From sequence record HG799496.1: a DNA stretch of 24,000 nucleotides; one strand, 5' to 3'. The DNA comes from Streptococcus phage K13. The position numbers were made by a program, and so were the translations under genes. Below the pieces are notes generated by a model. It was not told the DNA's origin. It ran no database searches and was given only the letters and a program-made list of their open reading frames with translations. Below are positions 1 to 8,299 of the stretch, piece by piece; position 1 is the stretch's first letter, and each line of letters opens with the position of its first letter.

Positions 1-104
1 GATGAGTCTCTGACAAGATAAGATTTGTAGCTCTTGTTTGGAGCAACATGAGAAGCTGAGTATCTTCTTCGCCTGTTAATTTCTTCAGCAACTCTATAGA
101 CATA

Positions 105-293
105 TCAATCCTCTTCTAAAAACTCAGGTTCAGGGAGGGCTTCCTCAAGAACGTCTGAGATAGCGACACCATTACTGGCAAAATTGTCAGCCAGATCGGC
201 ATATCGTTCCTCAGTAATCTCAAGCTCCTCCCCTACCAGTCGTTTCACATTTGATTCCCAATCATAGAAATCTTGTTTGATTTTAAATTTCAT
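105..293 (-). CDS. small hypothetical phage structural-module protein
   Basis: 62-aa ORF directly downstream of the major capsid gene in the late operon; no recognised motif. Confidence 0.6.
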   Translation of the reverse strand: MKFKIKQDFYDWESNVKRLVGEELEITEERYADLADNFASNGVAISDVLEEALPEPEFLEED

Positions 294-302
294 AACTAAG
301 AC

Positions 303-1328
303 CTATTTCTTACCAGTTTTTTCTTTCCAGTTAGCTGAGTCAGAGCCTGGTGCATTGGTTGAGCTAGTGATGTCTTTGATAGCAACATAGACTTTATCTT
401 CATGCGTTACTGTATCACCTTCTTTATAGGCTGTTCCAGTCTTCCACGCTTTAGCACGGTTCACTGTCTTGCCTTGGGCTGATTTTTTAGCAGCAGGCTT
501 AGAATCTGCAATTGTGATGATGTATTTCTTGAAGTGTTCAAGAACAAATGCACCAGTGTAAAGCAATTGCTCTACCAATTCGCCAAATCGCCCTGGAATG
601 TTATCGTTGTACTTAGTATTATCTACTTGTACTGGAGATGTAACAACACCTGGAGCAGTAGCAAGGGCATTAACACCTTTCAGGAATTTAGAAGGAACCT
701 TATAGACTGTGTAATCATCCAATTCACCAACATATCCTTTTCCAAGGACTTTCTTATCTGCGTCACCATGTGGTAGACGAACGATTTCAGACTTGATCGC
801 TTTGTAGAAACTTGGAGTGACGAAGAGCAAGCGTTCTTTTGTAATTCCAAGCTCATCAAGTTTCTCAGACACATCAAGAACCGCATTATAAGCGTTGTTC
901 GCTCCTGCTGTTTTACCCATGGCAACATTGTCACTTACGTTTCCAAGTGCTGCACCAAAACGTAGTTCATCAAGATATGGAGCGACTACTTCTGCAGCCT
1001 GACGGGCAATAACATAATTGATATTCACTTGACCATTAGAGTCACGTTCGTCCAATTGATCTACGAAACGACCCCAGTATTTTTCTTCATCAAGGGTATA
1101 AACCTTTTCTTCAACTTCAACGTGATCAAATTCGTTGTCTTTGTTACGTTTGTAGTCTTTCAACTCTGTTGTGTTACCAGTTGCTACTGTAAAAGAGCGA
1201 CCTTGCAAGGTTACTGCATCGCTTGATGTCACAAGTGGTGTTGAATATGAATTTACTGCAAGTACATCCTCAATAATCCCAAGATGTTTCTTGCGTGATT
1301 CTGCTGTGTTTAATTCTTCAAATGCCAT
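303..1328 (-). CDS. phage major capsid protein with C-terminal carbohydrate-binding-like (CBM5/12-type) domain
   Basis: 341 aa, immediately after scaffold-like gene; capsid-like N-terminal 290 aa; C-terminus AKAWKTGTAYKEGDTVTHEDKVYVAIKDITSSTNAPGSDSANWKEKTG matches the W-x5-Y-x2-GD-V-x-Y-x-A...PG...W pattern. Confidence 0.8.
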   Translation of the reverse strand: MAFEELNTAESRKKHLGIIEDVLAVNSYSTPLVTSSDAVTLQGRSFTVATGNTTELKDYKRNKDNEFDHVEVEEKVYTLDEEKYWGRFVDQLDERDSNGQVNINYVIARQAAEVVAPYLDELRFGAALGNVSDNVAMGKTAGANNAYNAVLDVSEKLDELGITKERLLFVTPSFYKAIKSEIVRLPHGDADKKVLGKGYVGELDDYTVYKVPSKFLKGVNALATAPGVVTSPVQVDNTKYNDNIPGRFGELVEQLLYTGAFVLEHFKKYIITIADSKPAAKKSAQGKTVNRAKAWKTGTAYKEGDTVTHEDKVYVAIKDITSSTNAPGSDSANWKEKTGKK

Positions 1329-1350
1329 TTATTTTTCCTCTTTTCTTTTA

Positions 1351-1875
1351 TTACAAGAAGTCTTTACGCCATTTTTCCGTGACTTCTTGCTGGACTGTTT
1401 GTGCATTTTTGATAGGTGCACTACCTTTCATACGTTCAGAGACTCCCTTCTGAACTGACTCTTCCCATGCTTTTTGGATAGAGGTGATAGATTCAGATAC
1501 CGTCTCTGCGTTTGTCAAATCGACTACATTTACTAACTCAACAGGTAAGTCACGTTCACTTAGCATTGCTTTAGCCTCTGCGGTCAATTCCTTACGAGCA
1601 ATAGCCTTTTCACGGTCAGCTAGTTCTTGCTCACGCTGATCCAACTGATATTTCTGTTTTTCATCAGCGTTCATCTTAGCAAGCTTCTTAGCTTCGTTTT
1701 CCTTGGCTTCTTGCTCAGCTTCCCATTTAGAGCGCTCGGCAGATAGCATCTTACCGATTTCAGCACGAGTGAAAGTTCGTTCGTGCTTTTCTTCCTGCAC
1801 TGTATCAACATTTTCTTGAGTGTCGACAGTCTCAGTTGATTCAGTAGATACAGTTGCATTGATTTCTTCTGACAT
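1351..1875 (-). CDS. phage scaffold-like protein (DUF4355/GP20-type)
   Basis: 174 aa, acidic/charged coiled-coil (LSAERSKWEAEQEAKENEAKKLAKMNADEKQKYQLDQREQELADRE) directly upstream of capsid; GGAGG RBS. Confidence 0.8.
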   Translation of the reverse strand: MSEEINATVSTESTETVDTQENVDTVQEEKHERTFTRAEIGKMLSAERSKWEAEQEAKENEAKKLAKMNADEKQKYQLDQREQELADREKAIARKELTAEAKAMLSERDLPVELVNVVDLTNAETVSESITSIQKAWEESVQKGVSERMKGSAPIKNAQTVQQEVTEKWRKDFL

Positions 1876-1894
1876 AATTGTCCTCCAGCGATTA

Positions 1895-1932
1895 CGTCGC
1901 CACTCGATAATCTCGCTTTACGTCCGGCGACG
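1895..1932 (-). promoter_or_regulatory. stem-loop in leader of scaffold/capsid genes
   Basis: CGTCGCC (1895-1901) pairs perfectly with GGCGACG (1926-1932), just upstream of the scaffold RBS. Confidence 0.4.
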
Positions 1933-1971
1933 GAACAGTACAGCTTTTAATGTCATCGGCACAGTTTGGAC

Positions 1972-2003
1972 AATATAAAAACCGTACGGGATTCCATACG
2001 GTT
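1972..2003 (-). terminator. intrinsic terminator-like hairpin (minus strand)
   Basis: minus strand AACCGTA...TACGGTT followed by TTTTATATTG. Confidence 0.5.
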
Positions 2004-2009
2004 AGAGCA

Positions 2010-2039
2010 TAAGAAAACCGCCTCGATTTCGATGCGGTT
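2010..2039 (-). terminator. intrinsic terminator-like hairpin (minus strand)
   Basis: minus strand AACCGC-ATCGAAATCGAG-GCGGTT followed by TTCTT, directly after the stop of the 2045-2257 ORF. Confidence 0.5.
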
Positions 2040-2044
2040 AATTT

Positions 2045-2257
2045 TTATAGTTTAATTTCTTCAATTTTTGCACGTTGTTCTAGAATTCTTAAATAATTCC
2101 ACATGGTTGAACGCTGACCTTTTAACAAATCAATCGGACATTTAGATTCAAACTCTAGTTGCCCTTTTTCGTATTTCCCAATCATCATATCTAACTTCTG
2201 GAATCGTTCTTTCAATTCGTAGTATTCTTTTTTAAATCTTTCTTTCCATTCTTCCAT
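2045..2257 (-). CDS. small charged hypothetical protein
   Basis: 70-aa ORF, coupled to upstream small ORF. Confidence 0.55.
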   Translation of the reverse strand: MEEWKERFKKEYYELKERFQKLDMMIGKYEKGQLEFESKCPIDLLKGQRSTMWNYLRILEQRAKIEEIKL

Positions 2258-2376
2258 TTTTCTGTTCCTTTCTTTACACCTTTAATTATTCCGCTGATTA
2301 CGGCCATAATAATAAATATTAACAACAAAAATACCAACCACCCAAAGGCGATTGATACCCAATCCCATATAAACAT
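2212..2376 (-). CDS. small predicted single-pass membrane protein
   Basis: ORF not in the supplied track (54 aa): MFIWDWVSIAFGWLVFLLLIFIIMAVISGIIKGVKKGTEKWKNGKKD...; AAAGGAG upstream; overlaps next gene. Confidence 0.5.
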   Translation of the reverse strand: MFIWDWVSIAFGWLVFLLLIFIIMAVISGIIKGVKKGTEKWKNGKKDLKKNTTN

Positions 2377-2397
2377 GTCTTTACTCCTTTCTAAGCA

Positions 2398-2685
2398 TCA
2401 TTTTTTAGGCTTAGCATTCTTTTCCACCCATTTTTTGAAATCATCAAACGTATCCATCTTTTTCAATAATAGATACTTCTCAACTTCTTCAATGGCTTCC
2501 TCAACTTTAGCGTCATGAAAACAGTAACCGTTACCTGATAAATCAAAAATTTTATTTTGTTTTTTCTTATCAACAATCCATAACTCCTCACCATGCCAAG
2601 CACTCTGTGGATCATAACATTTCTTAGATTGTATCTCAAGACCGTTATTTTCAATCAATTCTATCAACTTTTTGTACTTATTCAT
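2398..2685 (-). CDS. hypothetical protein (95 aa from MNKYKKLIELIE)
   Basis: GAAAGGAG RBS upstream of ATG at 2685 supports this start rather than 2706. Confidence 0.6.
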   Translation of the reverse strand: MNKYKKLIELIENNGLEIQSKKCYDPQSAWHGEELWIVDKKKQNKIFDLSGNGYCFHDAKVEEAIEEVEKYLLLKKMDTFDDFKKWVEKNAKPKK

Positions 2686-2727
2686 CAGATTCTCCTTTCT
2701 GAGCACGAAAAAAGCACTTAGATTTCT

Positions 2728-3141
2728 CTAGGTGCTTAAGTAATAAATTGCATTTTTATATTTTTTAACACGCTCGTAGTCTGTATTGGTAACAGATTTC
2801 AAACGTGATAAATCTGAGTTATGTTTCAAATCTGCAAGTTTTACAACTCTTGCTAAATTATTTGATTTTACTTTCCCAAGATATTCTTGATAACTTTGAC
2901 CTTTTTTCTTTGTCAAAATTTGTACCGCTGTAACAACTTCATTTGACAAGCCAGACGCGAATAAATCGGCAGCAGTTATATCGCTATCCTCAATCACATC
3001 ATGTAAAAGAGCGACAGCTTTTTCTTGTTCAGTGTTGACTTGACTGGCCACATAGAGAGGATGCTGTATGTAATCAACACCCGCTTTATCTACCTGCCCT
3101 GCATGTGCTTTTTTAGCGATAGCCAAGGCAATATCAATCAT
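2728..3141 (-). CDS. small HD-domain (p)ppGpp-hydrolase-like protein (MESH1/small alarmone hydrolase type)
   Basis: AxKAHxGQxDKxGxxYIxHPxxVA, AVALLHDVIEDSDIT, VVTAVQILTKK, ARVVKLADLKHNSDLSRL; HD-superfamily metal ligands H...HD...D in place; ATGA overlap with the upstream ORF. Confidence 0.85.
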   Translation of the reverse strand: MIDIALAIAKKAHAGQVDKAGVDYIQHPLYVASQVNTEQEKAVALLHDVIEDSDITAADLFASGLSNEVVTAVQILTKKKGQSYQEYLGKVKSNNLARVVKLADLKHNSDLSRLKSVTNTDYERVKKYKNAIYYLST

Positions 3142-3347
3142 GCCGCTACCATCCTGTCAATATAAGTAAATGCATCATTTTCTGAAATTTCTTCAAAATC
3201 CGTAAAGTCATTAAAAAAGATTTTATTAAACCAATCCATGCTATTAACCCACTTTTTTTCAATGTCAAAAACTTGCATGACACCATCAATCAAACGAAGT
3301 ACTTGAGCATTGTTCGTCGTTGTGCGGTAGTATTTAATATCTTTCAT
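3138..3347 (-). CDS. small acidic hypothetical protein, candidate immunity/adaptor
   Basis: 69 aa between MuF-toxin gene stop (3349) and HD gene start (3141); stop TGA overlaps next ATG (ATGA). Confidence 0.6.
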   Translation of the reverse strand: MKDIKYYRTTTNNAQVLRLIDGVMQVFDIEKKWVNSMDWFNKIFFNDFTDFEEISENDAFTYIDRMVAA

Positions 3348-3348
3348 A

Positions 3349-4986
3349 TCACTTCACCCTCTCTATATTTTTAGGAATCTCAAGCCCATTGCTTAAATCA
3401 AGCATTTCCTTAAATAATTTCATGCGTTCTAGATCAGATGTATTCGTATCACGATACTTCTCATAGAGTTCATGTAATGAACCATTTTTTAAGTCGAAAC
3501 TTTCCTGAGTATGATACTGCATTTCAAAGTTGATACCATCTTTTTCAACGACTGTATTCACACCTTTGTATGGTCCATCTACTAGCCAAGTGTTTTTTAC
3601 TTTTACAATTTTATAACCTTCTGCGATAAGCTTCTGTTTCATCTTCAAATACTCTTCTGTAAAAGTATCGGAATCGAAAATAGTTGTGTACCTTAAGGCG
3701 TCATTAATCTTACTCACGGCTTTTGACAAACTTATATTTTCAACTAGGCTATCTGCAATAATTTTACGTGATAATGACTCAACTGTTTTCTTCCTAAATT
3801 CAAGACCTGCCAATTTGTTTTCTCCTGCGATACGTTGCATATCACTTGTAATTTTTGGCTCAACTCCTGAAATTTTGGACAATAGTTGTTCGCTATAAAA
3901 TTTCGCCTTGGCTTCTCTTGTATCTTGATTATACACCTTTTCCCCGTCTTTCGCAACATACTTGCTATACCACTCTTTATAAGTCATATCGGCAGGCACG
4001 TACTCAACTTTACCTGTCTCTGGATTCCTTGCTCTGCGCTTCAACTTGCTGTAGTCTGCGTCCTCATCGTATCCGACAGTAGTAGACCTGCACCACGGAT
4101 GCATAGGTGGACAATTGACGCCAGGGACAGCCTTGTCCCTATCATAGACCTGATTGTCATGCTCCTGACAAATCCGTGATGTACGCTTGTCTAAGACGGC
4201 CACAAAGATATACTTTTCTATGTCTGCTTCTTCATAGCTGAGTAGTTCCATTTGGTTATGAAAAAAGGCTGATTCTGTCCGAACCAAACGTCTTGCATCG
4301 TTCTGACCTACATTGAACCTCTCAGCAATTGCTTGTGCAGTTTCTCGTGTATCTCGGCCTGTCATGAGGCTCATAAGTAGTTCATCTTTTATGCTAGAAG
4401 TAAGCTTCCCCGTATTCTTCCAGATGTCTGTAGAGTAGGTACTTCCGTCACCTACCCAACTGAAAGACTGTAGATGTTTAATCTCGTTCTCAGGAAGCCC
4501 AGAAAAGCCATATGCTAGTCCTGTCTGCTGCTGCAGGTCAAAGGTAGCCTTGTAGTAACTATCCTTCATCAGGTCGCTATAAAAGGCGTCTGAGCCTGTC
4601 TTTTCTGAATGATAGATAGATTCACGCATACGGTCTAAATCATCACTCAAACGTTCTAGACGCTTCATACGGAAAGAATAAGCCGGACTATCTAAGTCAG
4701 CCAGTAATCTTTGGATGTTCGGGTCATTCGGTCTCGCTTCAAGTACTTTACGAAGTTCATTCAGATTTTTCTTGTCTTTCATGTTCTTCAAGACTTGTCT
4801 AGCTTCTACCTGACTTAGACCATAATCACGTTGGAACTTATCAAAAATCTTATTGACTTCCTTATCCAAGTAAGTCTTGGCTTCCTGATAGACCTTATCG
4901 AACTGGTCTGCCTGCTTTTCGGCCTTGTCCATCTGCTGGTAAATCAGATTGGCTTTCCTCTTCGCCCAATACTCCTGATTCTTCAT
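3349..4986 (-). CDS. phage minor head protein, MuF/SPP1 gp7-like, with C-terminal RelA/SpoT-like nucleotidyltransferase toxin domain
   Basis: MuF motif: ARRLVRTESAFFHNQ...DKRTSRICQEHDNQVYD...PGVNCPPMHPWCRSTT; C-terminal ~150 aa: KINDALRYTTIF...EGYKIVKVKNTW...GPYKGVNTVVEKDGINFEMQYHTQES...YEKYR. Confidence 0.8.
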   Translation of the reverse strand: MKNQEYWAKRKANLIYQQMDKAEKQADQFDKVYQEAKTYLDKEVNKIFDKFQRDYGLSQVEARQVLKNMKDKKNLNELRKVLEARPNDPNIQRLLADLDSPAYSFRMKRLERLSDDLDRMRESIYHSEKTGSDAFYSDLMKDSYYKATFDLQQQTGLAYGFSGLPENEIKHLQSFSWVGDGSTYSTDIWKNTGKLTSSIKDELLMSLMTGRDTRETAQAIAERFNVGQNDARRLVRTESAFFHNQMELLSYEEADIEKYIFVAVLDKRTSRICQEHDNQVYDRDKAVPGVNCPPMHPWCRSTTVGYDEDADYSKLKRRARNPETGKVEYVPADMTYKEWYSKYVAKDGEKVYNQDTREAKAKFYSEQLLSKISGVEPKITSDMQRIAGENKLAGLEFRKKTVESLSRKIIADSLVENISLSKAVSKINDALRYTTIFDSDTFTEEYLKMKQKLIAEGYKIVKVKNTWLVDGPYKGVNTVVEKDGINFEMQYHTQESFDLKNGSLHELYEKYRDTNTSDLERMKLFKEMLDLSNGLEIPKNIERVK

Positions 4987-6364
4987 CCTCTACCTCGTCT
5001 TCGGGTTTCGTGTTGTCTTTGTTGAACATCGGCATGTCTTCCATGTTCTTCTTTTTCTCTTCTTCCAAGGCTTCCAGCTCAGCGTCAGGGTCTTCCACAA
5101 ACGGCAAGAGAGAAATAAGCTGCCTATTGGTTACTTTGCCTTCCAAGTTGTTCACAATCTGAGAGATTTCTAACAAGTTCTTAGGCAAACCACGACTGAA
5201 TTGTGGAACGATTGAATGAGACTCTAAAGCAATCTGCTTCATGCCTAAGTAATGAGCAAAAATCGCAATACGCTGACGCAATCCTCGCTTATAGTTCGCT
5301 TCCTTGGTCTTAGTAATCATCTCAAGGCCCATCAGCTTAAATTCCATGGCTACGCCTGATGTATTCCCTGCGAAATTCTCATCAGTCAAATTAGGCACAT
5401 GGCTAAATGTGTAGATGTCCTCTTTAAGAGCTGTACGCAAGATTTCAGTAGCACTTTCGTCCAGCGTATTCTTCAAGAACTCAGCCCTTGCACTATCACC
5501 CGGCAATTCCAAAAGACCTTCTTCAGAAAGAATCTTCATTGCTACCTTAGCGTCTTCTGGAGTGTCTGCTAACTGCGTGCCATACAAGACAAGGATAGAC
5601 TCTACAGCCTGTTCCTTATCATTGACACGATTCCCCATCAAGGAATTATAAGCGTCTATCAAGCTAATTTGTTGCTCGTAGTCGCCAATCGCAAAGTGAT
5701 TATTGCGATACTCGATAATTGGGATTTGACCAAGGTTGTGAGGTGTTGCCTCCTCGCTCTGAGTTGTTCCTGAATCTGTACTTCTCAGCACCATGTGATA
5801 GTGCAGATTTTCGGTAAAGACCTCAGCCTGGTACTTGGTAGTGTCTTTCGTATCGTCTTTTACTTCATAGTAATAGACCGCAAACAAAGGCTTCCGCTCA
5901 ATACTATCATCGTAGACCATGAAAGTATTCTCCGGATCAATACTAGTTGAATCCAACTCAGTCAATCCTTCTTTAGCATAGATGTACTCGTAAGCACGAC
6001 CATAGATAGCCATGTTCAAAGCATTCTGAGCATCTACTTGGTCAATCTCAGCACCATCAAAGGCTGTAAGTAGTTCATCGATATCACCGTCAGCAGTATT
6101 GTTATACTTGATAGGATTGCCCATAAAATAGCCCGTAGCCGTGTCTGCGATATCCTTGGCATGATTAGCTACCGTCTTGTAATTGGGTGCGTTCACGTTG
6201 CGTCTCGTGTGTTTTAAGATAGCATGCTCACCCATGTAGTAGCTTTTAAGCTTCTTCAAATGTGAGCTTTCAGTGTTATGTATCGTTATCAATTTGTAAA
6301 TCAGGTCTTTCTTCAAAGAACCCTCATCATATCCATCCCGTGGATAGGTTAAATATTGGTACAT
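4895..6364 (-). CDS. phage portal protein (SPP1 gp6-like)
   Basis: 489 aa, between terminase and MuF protein; HAKDIADTATGYFMGNPIKY, acidic C-terminal tail. Confidence 0.88.
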   Translation of the reverse strand: MYQYLTYPRDGYDEGSLKKDLIYKLITIHNTESSHLKKLKSYYMGEHAILKHTRRNVNAPNYKTVANHAKDIADTATGYFMGNPIKYNNTADGDIDELLTAFDGAEIDQVDAQNALNMAIYGRAYEYIYAKEGLTELDSTSIDPENTFMVYDDSIERKPLFAVYYYEVKDDTKDTTKYQAEVFTENLHYHMVLRSTDSGTTQSEEATPHNLGQIPIIEYRNNHFAIGDYEQQISLIDAYNSLMGNRVNDKEQAVESILVLYGTQLADTPEDAKVAMKILSEEGLLELPGDSARAEFLKNTLDESATEILRTALKEDIYTFSHVPNLTDENFAGNTSGVAMEFKLMGLEMITKTKEANYKRGLRQRIAIFAHYLGMKQIALESHSIVPQFSRGLPKNLLEISQIVNNLEGKVTNRQLISLLPFVEDPDAELEALEEEKKKNMEDMPMFNKDNTKPEDEVEDEESGVLGEEESQSDLPADGQGRKAGRPVR

Positions 6365-6375
6365 GTCTTTCCTCT

Positions 6376-7680
6376 CTATAGACCATAATCAGAACGTCTG
6401 CGGACGGTTGCTTTCCCACCTTCGATACATTGAAGGCTGTAACGCAAAGCGTCCATCAAGTGGTTGTTTTTATCCTCTGGTTTATTCAACCAGTTGCCTT
6501 CTTTATCTCGCTGGTAGCAGTAACTATAAAATTCATCCATGATGTTTTTACAATCTGGATGCACATAAATAGTGTATCCTTGCAATTTTGATACGCCTGC
6601 CATAATACTATCCTTACCTTTCCGACTCTCTTTTATTCTAGATATGCCATGTTCTGACCTGAGCTCTTCAATCAGCCGTGACTCTGCGCTATCAGCAATG
6701 ATTTGTGAGCGATGATAACCTTTGTCTTTTATCATCTTCGCAACTTCTTTGGTTATCAATCCGACTTTATACGCCTCATCAAAGACATAAATCTCTTTCG
6801 TCGTGTCATTTATCAACGAACAACACAAAGCGGTTGGATCGTGAGTAAAACCAAAGTCAAGACCGATACATAACTTATTAGCTGAATCTCGTAGCAATTC
6901 ATCCTTATCGAAATCCTTGACGGTCACGTTCTCATAGATTAAACCTTCAGCAACTCCCCATTCACCATCACAAACGATTCTCGCACGCCTTGGATTTGTG
7001 TGATACAAGTCCTCATAGCGCTTAATATCGACTTCATCAAGCCACTCATTGCATTTGTAAGTGGTTGTAGTAGCGAATGTATCAGCTCGGCTAGTCTCTT
7101 CATCAAAGAACACACGTTTGAGCCAGTGCCTCTCATTCCACGGGTTAAATGTGACTGTGATTTGTTTAAAGAAATCAGGTACATCTAAGCTACCACGGAT
7201 TGACTCAACTACTGTACTGAACTTGTCTTCAGTCTCAATTTGATATGCTTCCTCAAACCATGCCCAACAAAGACTGCCGACATCGACCGTGATAGATGTG
7301 ATTTTGAGTTCATCATCCAAACCACGGAATAGGATTTTTTGACCAGTCGCTTTTATGGTTATTTCAGGCAAAGATTCATTGAATTTAAACAAATGAGTCA
7401 CACCCAACACATTACACGCCCATTTAAAATCCGTATAAGTTGATTGCTTGTTGGTATTCGAGTATCTACGAATAACAAGCAAGTTGGCCCAGGGATACTT
7501 CAAAAGACGGATAACATAATTCAAAGCGGTTGTCTTGGACTTCTTCGAACCACGGGAACCTTTTACAACACGATAAAGATTTCTTGAGCGCCAGAACTGT
7601 CCGTACCCAGCTCCTACTGTCTTAGGTAGGTCGATTACAATATCACTTTGCTTAATCTGGTATGTCTGACTCATTTGCAA
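6376..7680 (-). CDS. terL: terminase large subunit
   Basis: 434 aa; Walker-like GSRGSKKSKTTALN, VDVGSLCWAWFEEA, nuclease region CIGLDFGFTHDPTALC...DAIRY-like MDALRYSLQ. Confidence 0.92.
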   Translation of the reverse strand: MQMSQTYQIKQSDIVIDLPKTVGAGYGQFWRSRNLYRVVKGSRGSKKSKTTALNYVIRLLKYPWANLLVIRRYSNTNKQSTYTDFKWACNVLGVTHLFKFNESLPEITIKATGQKILFRGLDDELKITSITVDVGSLCWAWFEEAYQIETEDKFSTVVESIRGSLDVPDFFKQITVTFNPWNERHWLKRVFFDEETSRADTFATTTTYKCNEWLDEVDIKRYEDLYHTNPRRARIVCDGEWGVAEGLIYENVTVKDFDKDELLRDSANKLCIGLDFGFTHDPTALCCSLINDTTKEIYVFDEAYKVGLITKEVAKMIKDKGYHRSQIIADSAESRLIEELRSEHGISRIKESRKGKDSIMAGVSKLQGYTIYVHPDCKNIMDEFYSYCYQRDKEGNWLNKPEDKNNHLMDALRYSLQCIEGGKATVRRRSDYGL

Positions 7681-8164
7681 ACACCACCGTTCCAGAAACG
7701 TCTGCCTCTACTTTGTCTGTCCACATCTTATGTCGTTTACCTAACAATTCAAGAGCTTTATTCCTATCGCTGTTCTTTGTTGGGTATTCGACAAGTTGAG
7801 GGATTTCATTGTAGACTTTTACAGACTTACCAGTCACGGGATCAGTCATCAACTCAGCTACTTTTGTTGTGACTACTATTGTTTCTTTCGCTTGTCCCGA
7901 CGCAATTTCTGATAGCATCACAAGTATTTGTTTTTGAGTTAAGATTTTTTCATCTTGCAACTCCTCCATTCGATTTTTGATGTAATCAGAAATTCCGACA
8001 TTATCCAACAATTCAGAAGATCTTGCTTTGGCATATTTCTCACTATATCCTGCTCTTAAAGCTGATTGATAAGCATTACCTGAGATGATGTACTCATCTG
8101 CAAAACGCCTTTGTCTTTCATTCAATTTTCCATCACCACCTTTCAAACAATCAAAAAAAGCCAC
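7652..8164 (-). CDS. terS: terminase small subunit
   Basis: 170 aa; LNERQRRFADEYIISGNAYQSALRAGYSEKYAKARSSELLDN HTH-type N-terminus; adjacent to TerL. Confidence 0.9.
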   Translation of the reverse strand: MAFFDCLKGGDGKLNERQRRFADEYIISGNAYQSALRAGYSEKYAKARSSELLDNVGISDYIKNRMEELQDEKILTQKQILVMLSEIASGQAKETIVVTTKVAELMTDPVTGKSVKVYNEIPQLVEYPTKNSDRNKALELLGKRHKMWTDKVEADVSGTVVFANESDIPD

Positions 8165-8212
8165 ACGATGTGCGACCTTTTCAAGACCTCTCTCTGCGAA
8201 TTAAAATCGCAA

Positions 8213-8291
8213 TTGGAACGACAGGATTCGAACCTGCCTACGTTTCAATTCCCTAAACAGGACTTAATCCGTCTACCATGTATCCATTAAC
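8213..8291 (-). tRNA. tRNA-like element, possibly degenerate class II (Leu-like) tRNA
   Basis: canonical T-arm GCAGG-TTCGAAT-CCTGT (8221-8237), D-loop GGTAGAC, anticodon region with TTAAG, variable hairpin GTTT...AAAC; acceptor stem only partly paired. Confidence 0.4.
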
Positions 8292-8299
8292 TAGCATGA

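Noticed and set aside
534-1458. ORFs on the opposite or alternate frames across the capsid gene (534-776 +, 680-934 -, 1029-1226 +, 1171-1458 +)
   Set aside because: Embedded antisense/out-of-frame to a confident capsid/scaffold CDS; no RBS or domain evidence.
3686-7243. Multiple shadow ORFs over MuF, portal and TerL genes
   Set aside because: Low-complexity or unnatural compositions antisense to strongly supported CDSs.
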